From assembly GCA_965287045.1 (NCBI GenBank), contig OZ336870.1:117180001-117244000 (forward strand): DNA of 64,000 bases. Direction: 5' to 3'. Position numbers and translations under genes: made by a program. Every line of letters starts with the position of its first letter. Positions within the stretch are counted from its first letter, which is position 1. The notes beneath the pieces were generated by a model, which made no database searches, was not told the DNA's origin, and saw only the letters and a list, made by a program, of their open reading frames with translations. This document shows, piece after piece, positions 13,227 to 24,647 of this stretch. The stretch is from Carcharhinus amblyrhynchos (lineage: Eukaryota).

Positions 13227-14839
13227 CTTTTAAAAGCAGGAACGGCTGCACTTGCACCCAAACAATTTCTCTAATGGGGTTTCCCCCTTCACCCTAATGG
13301 ATGTACCAACCTCATCTCTACTTATTATTGAAATCATTTTGCACATTTCCTAGTGTGCCTTCATTTTGAGGCTCTCTATCACTTTACCTCCTGCCTGATA
13401 TCCTGGTATGGTTCCTGGCCTTTCAAAGTAACAAGTCCTGTAATGGGCCTGTAGAGTCAGAAACCCACCAGGCACCCTTAAGTGGAGACAACCTCCCAAA
13501 AGATCATTCTGGAGAGTGCACCAAAGACCCATGTGGGAGCTGGACTCAGACAGGATTCTGACTCCTGAAAATAAACAATCATAAGATTCCACCTGTTAAA
13601 TCTTTTACTCGCTCCACAACTATTTCCTGACCACATGGGCTTTTCTTGTTCATATTTGAGATTTCCAGTTTTTGAAGTATAACGGGGTAAGCAGAGGTTT
13701 TGCTGGAAACGCATTTCTGAAAAACTGTGCTACCCCACTGTACTAAATCATTACAATTCAAACTGATTTGAATTTCAAATTCAGTTGTTTCTTTTCTCAT
13801 TCTCAGTGATTCTCTACAGTTCCCCAGTGATTATTCACAGTTTCAGCTGAAGATCTGCTGAATAACCTGGTGATGGGTATGACAAAAAAAGAATTATGCT
13901 GATTGGGTCAGATCACTAACAACCATGATTGCAATTTGTGTGAAGAGCATGTGATTTAGCAGAGAGTTTGACAAACACTTGCGCTAAACCACACACTCCT
14001 TACATCCATTAAATGCATTCTGCCTCCAAGCCGTGATACCATAAGTCAGTCTCAAGCGAAATCTGCTTGCAGCTTCAGTTTTATTTCCAATAATCACAAG
14101 TGCACTGCGCAAAGCACACACATCTGCAGACTGCTTTCAGTGGGGAGAAGTTAAACTGCCATGGAAAGCGATCGACTGAAACAAGCCAAAGGAAAACACA
14201 AGAGACATGTGCCTGAGTTAAAGATACCTTCAACACAAAGACTGAGGCACTGTTCTGGAAGATTTTAATTACAGAAAAGCCTGAAAGAGGGTTTAAAAAA
14301 AACCCTGATGTGTTGCAAAATTAACAATGAGCATTTAACCAGTTTAAGATTTAGTCAAGTTAATGAAGTCCTGACTCACAAATAATTACTTTATTGATCT
14401 TTTTAAACAGTTTCATTTTCAAACAACAGAAATCCTTTAATCTGGGTTAATAAAACATTGAACCACTGTGTCAGGGGAACACAGTGTTTGTCTGAAGAAT
14501 TCACATGACAATTCATCCGCAGCTTTTTTGTTCCTACCTTTTTTTAAAAAAACTCCATCACATAAACAAACATTCTGACTTCTCAAATAGACATGATGTC
14601 AAATGTTGAATGGGGATGGTGCATCCATCCATTTGCATTACATAGTTAAGAAAAAATAAAAATCTAAGTATTTATAAATGCTTTTCAAAAACATACTTGC
14701 AAAATTGCTGACTTTAATCTTGAACATTTCTTTTAGAAATAGTTGTCTTTTCATAACCTCTGGAGATGCTTTTGCATTTAACACAATTCATTACCATTTT
14801 CTCCATTCTCACATAGTAGCGCAACCAGATACAGCTTTC

Positions 14840-15302
14840 CTTTTTTTCCTGAAGGGACTGTTCCCTCTCTGACAGCCTGTTTCACTCTTGCTCCCCTTTG
14901 ATCATTACCTTTCCGTTGCAAGCATACAAGATTCAACAATTTCAGCTCCTTCTCCATCTCTGTCTAGGGCTCCAAGCACAACCTCTGTTAGAAGTGAGAT
15001 TTTATACATTTTCTAACATAATATCCTGCACTGTTATTCGCAAGGTGGTCTCCTTCACAACAGAGAGATCACTTGCAGGTTAGGGGATTGCTTTGCTAAA
15101 TGCCATTCCATTTTTCCGCACATATGATCCTGAACTTCTGGTCACCTGCCACTTTAACTCTCCATCCCATTCTGAATGCACTGTCCTTGGCCTCTTATAC
15201 TTTTCCAGTGATGCTCAATATCAATTCATGGAACAGAATCTCTCCTTTTTACTCGGCACTTACAGCCCTCTGGCCTCAACACTGATTTCAACAATTTCAG
15301 TC
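14840..15302 (+). mobile_element. Penelope-like element, degenerate GIY-YIG endonuclease domain
   Basis: Piecewise translation gives remnants of GLL.IGET..RLGD.FA, PELLVTCHFNSPSHS, VLGLL, MEQNLSFLLG.LQPSGLNTDFNNF. This is the characteristic C-terminus of the Penelope/Poseidon ORF. Confidence 0.8.
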
Positions 15303-16117
15303 TGCAACCATAGCTCTGATTTGCTTTGGGACAGCAAGTGTTTGGGATGTAGGTTAAGTGCAGCAAGGTTACTGGGAATCGAGGGGGGTCTGGGGTGAGG
15401 CTTGATATGAGGATCTCATGGTGCATGTTGGTGAGGTGGTCCATACCTCGGGGGTCTACCAGCCTTTCTCTTTTGCCCCACAACATTCATAAAACAAGGT
15501 TGTCTTGTTTGCTGACTAGCTGCTGCTTCGGAGAACATTGGAGCTCATTGAATCCCCTGATCCCCAGACCCAAGTCAAGAGCAGTTGGATGGATAGGAGG
15601 TCCCATGGCAGGGGAGGGGATGCCGAATAAGGGTGAAAGGGTCAGATGGTAAAGGAGTAGGTAAATGTACTAGGTGAACTTAGGAGGAGGTAGAAGGAGT
15701 TTCCATGCCCGGGCTGGGAGTAAGTTTGCCTTTTTCATCAGATCCGCCAACAACGCTGGAAAGATCTTTTCCCAAAGATGTCTGTTCCTCCCTTGAGCTA
15801 TCAGGTATCTCAAAGCCAGAGAGACTTAACCGGCCAGGTTAAGTCTGCAAGACAGGTTAAAAATGGGAGTCCCAATCTCATTCTGATTATTAAATGGACA
15901 ACCCACATCCATGGAGCAGATTAATTGCCCACCTCCAATCCACCTCTGTCACACATGGCAATAGACAGTTTGAAGGGTTGGGTTTGAGATTTTGATTATT
16001 TTTATATCTCACCGGGCCCTAATCCAGTATTTTGGTGGTTAAGCACACCACCAATGTTTCAGATCCTTGATCTTTTATTGGATGGAAGTCAGCAACTTGA
16101 GACTTTAACTATTTATG

Positions 16118-16320
16118 AAAATCAGGAGCAGGAGTAGACCATTCGGCCCCTCAAGTCTACTTGACCATGAAAAGGATCATAGGTAATCTGATTGTGACCT
16201 CAGCTCCATGTTCTCGCCTGTTCCCGATATTCATTGATTCCCTTGTTAATTAAGTGTCTACCTCAACTGTAAAAACATTCAATGCCCTTATCTCCACTGC
16301 TCAATAGGGCAAGAATTCCA
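16118..16320 (-). mobile_element. CR1 LINE 3' end remnant
   Basis: aggagcaggagtagaccattcggcccctcaag: reverse-complement CR1 tail. Confidence 0.7.
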
Positions 16321-16346
16321 AAAAGAGGCTCTAAGGAGCCTCAGTC

Positions 16347-16411
16347 TTTCTCTCTCTCTCCACAGATGCTGCGTGACCTGTTGAGCATTTCCAACATTTT
16401 TTTGTTTTCAT
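16347..16411 (+). mobile_element. Penelope-type terminal fragment
   Basis: tctctccacagatgctgcgtgacctgttgagcatttccaacattttttt resembles the reverse complement of 35535-35580. Confidence 0.6.
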
Positions 16412-17565
16412 ACTGGAAAATTAATGGTCAGATACAAGTCAGTTTGAGACTGTAATCTCGTCTCAAGTTTCATGATTTACAACACTGTGTGGACCTTTCA
16501 GTTTGATTAGTATTACTTAGGTATCAATTATTCAAGTAAATGACTCAGAGTTACAGTGGACTTGTCACTGCTCAGAAATGCCATTACACAGAACCCAACT
16601 AAAGTATCAACTTAGCTGAACAAAGGCCTGTGGCTATCTTACAAGTAAGAGGAAAACGCTCTAAAAATGCTGCTACGATTTAACAGTGTTTTAAATAAAC
16701 ACATCAGCAGACAGACAATTGGACATGACAGCGCTGGATGTAAATTAATTATAGGGGAGTAAAGAGTAGCTGAAACAAACATTTGTAACCTGTGTACTTT
16801 AAATAACCTCGTCACTGGCAAAAGTGTCTTTTCCTCACAAAGTGTCACACACAGCTACATGGACATCGTCAGATCATAGCACTGTGCATCAAATAGATTG
16901 CCTCTGTATAAATGCACATTTAGAAGATTACAGTTGGATGTCAGAATAAAAAAAAGTGGAGTAAATGCAGCCTTAACCTACTACTTACATAGCTACATAA
17001 TTTCAGATTTAAACTTAAAAGGGATAAAAATTGGATTGTTTCCATTTTTGGGTGCAGGCCTTTCACTCAGGCCTGAATCTTCCAAAAGAATTGACATCTT
17101 AGCCATAAAGGCTCCAGGACCCTGGATCTGGTCGTGTCCAAACCCCACATTTCACCAATTTCTGACAGATGTGTTTCACCAGTGAAGGTCGGGGGATAGG
17201 ATGTGAGACACACACATGGGAAACCAGAATCCTATTTTGAACTTAGTGCAGAGTTCAAACAGCCTTTCTTTTGATGGAACGTTAGCCCCCACCTGTTAAA
17301 GGGGGACAGGACTTATTTCACTGAAGCTATTTTTGACTGTCTGAGGTGCAAGAAGCTGCAAGGAGAATGAGCAACAGCCAAGAGGGTGTCCCCAGGTTCT
17401 TCATTGCAATACTAAAGGCTTTAGTCTAGGAGATTGACAGGAGAGGCCATGATTCACCCAGGGCCAGGAAGCCCTCTCAGGGAATGGGACAGGTGTTCAA
17501 GGAAGCCAGCTCCTGGAGATTGGTCCTGAGGATCTGCCAACAATGTTGCAAGAATTTCAATCATA

Positions 17566-17941
17566 TACAAACATACACACAAGGAGCAGGCATAGGCCAT
17601 TCAACCCCTCAAGCCTGCCCTGCCATTTAATCAGATCATGGCTGAACTGATAGTAACCTCAAATCAGCATCCTGCCTATCCCCAGTAAACTATCACTCCC
17701 TTGCTTTCCAAGAATCTGCCTTAAAAATATTCAAAGACCACTTCTAATATCTTTCCAGGAACAGAGTTCCAAAGACTCACAATGTTTTGAGAGAAAACGT
17801 TTTTGCCTAATCTCCGTTTTAAATGGGCAACCCTTTGTTTTTAAACAGTGACCCCTAGCTCTAGATTCTCCCTCAAGAGGAAACATTCTCTCCACATCCA
17901 CTCTGTCAAGACACTTCAGGATCTTATATGGTTCAATCATG
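17566..17941 (-). mobile_element. CR1 LINE ORF2 C-terminus and 3' UTR
   Basis: ORF 17731-17940 MIEPYKILKCLDRVDVERMFPLEGESRARGHCLK matches the CR1 C-terminal motif also seen in ORF 25322-26143; CR1 tail present. Confidence 0.85.
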
Positions 17942-18944
17942 TCACTGCATGCAAGTGCTCAAGATCAATTTATGCACCTTTGCATGACATTGCTAACTAG
18001 TTCTGCACCGGCCTCTCATACTGTTTGAAGCACCACATCCCTATCGCTCATTCATCAGCAATCGAGAACTCCAAGCTCATGCCCAACATCCACACGTCCC
18101 GCCATATCCACGTACACACCAATGATGCCAGCCTCACAACCACATCTCACAGCTTCTAAATACCTCCAATTATTCAGTTATAGTGAGCACAGCAACCAAA
18201 AGCACTGACAATCTTCTCTCTCACTCGCAAGACAAGAGGATACATAGCCACATTAAACAGAGTAGGACTGGAAAGGGACAGCCTACCTGATTCACCTAAC
18301 CCTATTAGAGGAGACGGTACTCCACTTCATGAGGCCAGCTGTGACACAGGCTGTTGTATTTGGTGTCACTGAGAACATTCCAAGATGACATTATGTTTCT
18401 GTCTTACTCATCTTCTTAAATCCCACCAAACACTTTCCCTGCTGCCTGGGTGAAGTGCAAACTGCAAGTTATGTGGCTATGGACCTCTTGCCTGCCAACT
18501 ACAGTAGCATCAACAGAAAATGCAAAACTGTACCACACCTCTACTGAAAATACACCATCACTTGTTCAGGCATTCTATGCTATTTGCCCAGATACTGGCA
18601 AGGTGCTTACCTTAGAGACTAGGATCTGCGTGTGATAAGTCACCAAGCATGAGTGGACTACCACCAGGCAAAAGGCATGGTACAGTTCATATTCCAGCTC
18701 CTTGGAAGGTGGGCTTGCAGACAAGTTCTGCTGGAGGGGATTCTGATGTGGAACTCAAGGGTTGGTATACAGGGCAGTGCCAATGAGCAGGCACACCAAG
18801 ATAAATGGTGCATTGACTGCCCCATCAGACAGCCTGGTGTCATTGTCAAGGAACACTGAGGAGTCGTGCTCCAACTTTCATAGAGCTTAGAGCCAATCCT
18901 TTCCAGCATTGATGTGGTGGTTTTGGGTCACTTCTGTCTACGCT

Positions 18945-19420
18945 GCAATGGGAGATGAGACCTCAGCCACCAGATGCTGCATCACAGCCAGGTCCACAAG
19001 TGTTGTCCTGAAGTGGCCATGCGAAAGATAGAATTCCAGTGAAACCACTTGGCTCATAGTGTGGAGAATTGGGAGAACTGATGAGAAATCCATGGAAGTT
19101 TTTTGGGTGACATCTGCTTTCAGAGTGGTATGGCTGACCATAGTTTGCCTATTGCTTTACATGTACAATGTACTTGCTGAGAACATTTGCGAGTAAGTTG
19201 AATCTGTAAAGGTATAGTTGGGGGTGAAGAAATAGTGCATTATCATTCTTCTTTTCTTGTTTAATAAATGTTTTATTCTTTTGCTAAAAGTTCTTCAGCT
19301 GACTCCTGTGACTGTTCAGTAGCCATCTTCAACATAACTAAATAAAAAATAAAGGTTTGGGTCTATTATGTTGGGTTCCATTTCACTTGTCTATTAATAA
19401 CATCAGCCGAGATAGTAACA
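18945..19420 (+). mobile_element. Possible partial solo LTR
   Basis: T-rich segment with aataaa (~19263) and a terminal ...gtaaca (CA end). The 5' TG end and a TSD were not identified. Confidence 0.35.
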
Positions 19421-20255
19421 AATAGTTAAATTACTTAATGTATCAATCATTGTGATATTTCTCAACTTGAAGCCTAATTAGCTATTTAAAACTTAATAAA
19501 GATGGTGGGATAGTGATTTGTTGTGGCTGTAGAATATAGATGTGTTGGAAACCAGCATGGTCTGCTGCAATCATATCGGCAATAAGTACCTGGGGCTCAG
19601 AGTTAATAAGTTGCAATCCAAGTTTTGAACACTGATGCATCGGGAAGAGAAAAATTTACCTGAGCACTTTGTTCCTGAAGACAGTCATGCCACTTAAGCC
19701 AAGTACTTAAGAGTTGTTCTGTGGACAGGGACAGAGAATGTGACTATGAATGAGGCAGCTATGTGGATCCAGAAGGCAGTGATGGAAGAATTTCAGACTA
19801 GCACTTGTCCAAAGTAGTCAAGGTTCTTGCAATGTGTATAGAGAATAGCATACATTGCAGAATTGATGAGAAATCTGACCAAAACACAGTGGTGTAAAGG
19901 TGAGTAGATGAGTAAAAGCAAGTTCTCTGCAGCTGAGAACCTAGGTCCCGGACGCTGTATTGCCTATGTGGTGCTGGGGTTAAGGACATTCCTTTGGGAC
20001 TGGAGAGAAACCTGGAGAGGGTGGGGAAGGCTTCAGTTGTCTTGATTTACATGAGTACCAGTGACACAGGTAGAACCAAGAAAAATATTCTGTTAAGGGA
20101 GTCTGAACAGCTAGGGGCTAAATTAGAAAGCAGAACAACAAAACTATTAAGCTCTGGGTTACCACCTGAGTCACGAGCAAATTGGCATAGGGCAAATCAT
20201 ATCAGAGAGGTGAACACATGGCTCAAAGATTGGTGTGGGAGAAATGGGTTTTGAT

Positions 20256-20549
20256 ACACGACATGGTGGCCGCCAGGGAGCTGGGTTCAATTCTGGCCTC
20301 AGTCACTGTCAGTGTGGAGATTGTACTTTTTTCCCATGTCTGCGTGGATTTCCTCTGGAAGCTCTGGTCTCCTCTCACAGTCCAATGTCTGAGTTAGGTT
20401 GATTGGCCATGAAAAAATTGACCCTGGTGTCTGGGGAATTAGCAGGGTAAGTGTGTGGGGTCACGAGAATAGGGCCTGGCTGGGACTGTGGTTGGTTCAG
20501 ACTCGATGGGCTGAATGGCCTCCTTCTGTACCATAGGGATTCTATGATT
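20256..20549 (+). mobile_element. HE1-type V-SINE inserted in CR1 ORF1
   Basis: B box gggttcaattct, V-core, and tail gactcgatgggctgaatggcctccttctgtaccatagggattctatgatt. Confidence 0.85.
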
Positions 20550-20845
20550 GGGATTCAGTGATTCATGGGACGCTGGCTCCAGTGCTGGAGAAAGAAGGAA
20601 CTGTACCACCAAGACACTCTTCACTTGAACTGTGCTCGGACATGTGTTCTAGTGAATGGTATAACTAAGAGTGAGGGCTTGAAACTAAATAATGGAGATG
20701 TTGTGGGGGTGCGGCGAGGGAGGGAGGGTTAACATGATGGGAGGTTTGGAACGTTATAGGGACAGAGCATACAAACATAAAAATGCACAAGCAAATAATT
20801 TGGGAGAAGGAATTAAAGATAAAAAGACGGGATTAAAGTTCTTTA

Positions 20846-21012
20846 TGATGTGCAGATGCCAGTGTTGGACTGGGGTGGGCACAGTAAGAAGTCTCACAAT
20901 ACCAGTTTAAAGTTCAACAAGCTTTTGGAGCACTGCTCCTTCATCAGATCGTCACCTAATGAAGGGACAGTGCTTCAAAAGCTTGTGGTTCCAAATAAAC
21001 CTGTGAGACTTG
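20846..21012. mobile_element. Short palindromic Penelope-type insertion with two inverted hammerhead-like cores and a 13-bp TSD
   Basis: TSD ttaaagttcttta at 20833-20845 and 21013-21025. Inverted arms aagcttttggagcactgctccttcatcag (20919-20947) and ctaatgaagggacagtgcttcaaaagctt (20956-20984); outer pairing aagtctcaca/tgtgagactt. Confidence 0.85.
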
Positions 21013-21467
21013 TTAAAGTTCTTTACACGTGCAACATTCATAGCAAGCTGGGTTAACTAATAGCACAAATAGAAATACATGAATATGGGGTAGCCTTTAC
21101 AGGTACTTGGGGCTGAACATGGGGTGGGGGTGCAGAGTGGCTTCACAACAAATTTGTTTCTCAAGAGTATGGCATGCCCCTCCCCTACCCCTGAAGTAAA
21201 ATCAGTGTGGATCTGACCAAAAAAAGATGGTGAGCAGTAGGTGATTTTGGTGCACGCCCACCTCTTGTATTATGAGTTGAGCTTAGGGGTGGGTGGAAAT
21301 ATGGTGTGGTGGGCATCTGCCCTATTTTGTGTACCCCCTCACTGACAACATGCCCAGTGGGCACATAAAATGCAATCCACAGCTGGGTACTGAATACTCC
21401 AAGGTATTTAGAAGAATAGGAAGAAAGAAAAAGAGGGGTAGGTCTGTTACTAGCAGCCGAGATCTGT

Positions 21468-21675
21468 AAAAAGTAAAGTCGTAAAAAGTAAAGTCGTAAA
21501 GTTACCATAATCCAAGATGAGCATAGACTGCTCTTCCCTTTGAGGGGAGAGAGCCAACTGGTGGTGACTTAACCGAGGGTGACCACACTTCAGTACAGGG
21601 GCAAAGTTGTGAAAGTGGAGCCTTCACGAATAACCTCAGTCAGTACAGGAATTGAACAAACACTGCACAGCAGTG
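21468..21675 (-). mobile_element. tRNA-derived SINE with (ACTTT)-type tail
   Basis: Minus strand: B box gttcaattcctgtac...gaggttattcgtgaagg...aagtcaccaccagt...ccctcaaagggaagagcag...atggtaactttacgactttactttttacgactttac. Confidence 0.65.
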
Positions 21676-23230
21676 AAAAACTATTTTGTCTTGGTTTAGG
21701 TGTAGATAAGAAATAGCAAAAGAAAGAAGTCACTGGTGGGAATGGTTAATAGGCCTCTGATAGTAGCTATTCGGCAGGACAAAGTATAAGTCAAGAAATA
21801 ATATAGCTTTTTAACAAAGGTTCTACAATAATTGTGGATGAGTTTAATCTCATAGATTGGACAAATCAAATTGGTAAAGCTGGCAAGGAGGATGAGCTCA
21901 GAGTCTATTTATGATAGTTTCTTCAAATACATTGTGGAACCAAACCAGGGAGCAGGCTCATTTAGACCTGGTAACGTGCAACGAACCAGGATTGATTAAT
22001 GATCTCAGGGGTAAAAGTAAAAGGCAAGATTGATCATGATATGGTGAGAAACGTGGTTATGAAACAAGTACCTTAATTCAGATGCAAGTAATAAGATATG
22101 AAGATAAAGTTGGCTAGATAGAATGGGAAAATAGGTTTAAGTGTAAGACCACAGAGAAGCTGTAGCAGGCAGAGACCCAGCATCCTCCACAAATCACATG
22201 CATGTATGAGCCTTTCCATATGGATATGTTCAGCTCTCTGCAGGGAGTTGGTCCACAGCCCTTCTGTCTAAATCGTGCCAGTGATGGCCTGTCACACAGA
22301 AATGACCATTTTATAAGGGGAGCAATGAGAAATGAACAAATTCCAATGCTCCAACTGATGTAATGTGCAACGCCTTTCAAGCGTCCTCTTCTTTGAGCAG
22401 ATGAAGCTTTAACATAAACATATAGAATGGGTGAAAACCAGAAGGAGCTTCCAAACATGAGGGCTCTCACAAAGTTCGAATCAGAGCTTGCACGCAAGAG
22501 TCAGCTGTGATGGGAAGCTTGGCTTTAGTCATCCACATGGTAGGCATTCATCCATTCAACGGAAACCTGATGATGGAAAGTGCCTCCATGTTGGAGGCAG
22601 CTAATGCTGTTACTTGCAGTCTCCTTTCCCACTTGCAGGTGCCTCCAGGAAGAAACAAAGGTCAGAGGAAGAGGAGGACTCCTTTTCCAGTCCTACCTTT
22701 AGCTACAGTCAAGAATGGAGCCAAGAGGGAGTGAATGAGAACAACTTCACACTATTAGATGCATTACAGCGTTCACTTGTGTCCACCACCAGGCCAGGTA
22801 CACACACCTTAATGGGTATTGGTGGTAGTTCAGTAGGGTGTCATAATCTGGAGGTCACAGCATGGACAGGTCATAGTTGAGGCTCCCCGACTCTGAGGAC
22901 TGCTGGGGAAGAGACATCTCTGAGTTCCCAGTCTGATGACAAGCCTTTGGAATCAGCCTTCAAGTTCATGTTGGAGAGTCAGCAGGAGGTGGGGCAATTC
23001 CAGACAGCTGCTGAAAGCCCTCAGCACAGAGGCATGCAATTCAGAAAAGGCCATCTGCCTGCTCTCTGAAGTAGATGTATGCACATTGAGTTCTCCAAGG
23101 GAAGGGTGGCTGATGCCATGGAAACCCTCATCCAGCAGAATGCCGAGTTTCTGCCGGAGATGCACACAGACTGCACTCTACCATTGTTGCCACAGCTGAG
23201 TTCATGCAGTGGCAATGCAAGAGGTGAACT

Positions 23231-24326
23231 TTGATTTGATGTATTATTGTCACATGTATTAGTATGCAGTGAAAAGTTTTGTATCTTGCACGCTATACAG
23301 ACAAAGCATACCATGTGTGAAGAAGGAAAGGAGGTGGTGCAGAATATCGGGTTACAGTCATAGGTAGGGTGTCGAGAAAGATCAACTTAATACGAGGTAG
23401 GTCCATTCAAAAGTCTGATGGCAGGAGGGAAAAAGCTGTTCTGGAGTTGGCTGGTGTGTGTCCTCAGACTTTTGTACCTTTTTCCCGATGGACGAAGGTA
23501 GAAGAGAGTACGTCTGGGGTGCTTGGGGGCCTTAATTATGCTGGTTGTTTTTCCAAGGCAGCGGGAAGTGTAGACAGGTTCAACGGCTGGGAGGCTAGTT
23601 TGCGTTATGAACTGGGCTTCATTTATGGCCATTTGTAGTTTCTTGCTGTCTTGGGCAGAGCAGGAGTCACATCAAGCTGTATACAACCAGAAATAACGCT
23701 TTCTGTAGTGCATCTGTAAAAGTTTGATCAGAGTCATAGCTGATATGCCAAATTTCCTTAACCTCCTGAGAAAGCAGAAGGTTGGTGGGCTTTCTTAACT
23801 ATAGTGTTGGCATGGAGGGATCAGGACAGGTTGTTGGTGATCTGGACAATTAGAAACTTGAAGCTTTCCACTTCCCATTGATGTAGAGAGGGGCATGTCC
23901 TCCACTACGCTTCCTGAAGTCAATGATGATCTCCTTCATTTTGTTGACATTGAGGAAGAGATTATTGTTGCCGCACCAGTTCACCAGATTCTCTATCTCA
24001 TACCTGTACTCTGTCTCATCATTGTTTGAGATCTAACCCACTATAGTGGTGACATCAGCAAACTTGAAAATCAAGTTGGAGGGGAATTTGGCTACATTCT
24101 CATAGATGTACAAAAAATATAGTAGGGGGCTGTGGACACAGCCTTATGAGGCACCGTGCTGAGGATGATTGTTGAGGAGCTGTTGTTGCCTATCCTTACT
24201 GATTGCAGTCTGTGGGTTAGCAAGACTAGGATGCAGTCGCAGAGGGAGGAGCTGAGCCCCAGGTCATGGCACTTAGACATGAATTTTGTAGGAATAATGT
24301 GTTGAAGGCTGAGCTGTAGTCAATAA
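23231..24326 (-). mobile_element. Rex1/Babar RT C-terminal half and 3' end
   Basis: Reverse complement of ~415-1495: DYSSAFN (gttgaaggctgagctgtagtcaat), KFADVTTIVG, PSGKRYKSLRTHTSQLQNSFFP, and the (gattt) tail. Confidence 0.9.
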
Positions 24327-24647
24327 TCCTTCTCCTTCCTACCCAGGGTCTGTGTCTGCCTCCAAATCCCCAACAACCATCCTAAATGCTCCTTTCACTG
24401 GTACAGATGTATCCTCACCCAATAGCCCACCAGCCCACCTTTGCTCACTTTCACATACACCATTCCTTCCCAACACACCCACTCTCAATCCGCTCTTTAG
24501 GAGGCAGTCATTGCTTCCACAAATCCCTCCCTTGTACATTCATCTGGATATTCCGCCTCCCCCCTTACTTCTCCAACCAACAGACTCTCTCCCTTTCTCC
24601 TTCCCCGTAATACCTACCTCCTCACTTGCATCCTTCTCCCCTGTTAT

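Larger units (their letters stand above)
19900..22165 (+). mobile_element. Old CR1 LINE 5' half: ORF1 SGNH/GDSL-esterase domain plus ORF2 APE endonuclease, interrupted by several younger insertions
   Basis: ORF 19994-20254 VLIYMSTSDTGR...SGLPPESRANWHR...NTWLKDWCGRNGF (decayed VH.GTND block) continues after the SINE as FMG.W.Q.W.R.EL...LHLN. ORF2 start KKTGLKVL..., with AQIE..EY...TW at ~21060-21110 and IRNSK.KKSLVG.V.RP, EP..EQA.LDLV.CNEPGLINDL at 21700-22010. Confidence 0.8.
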
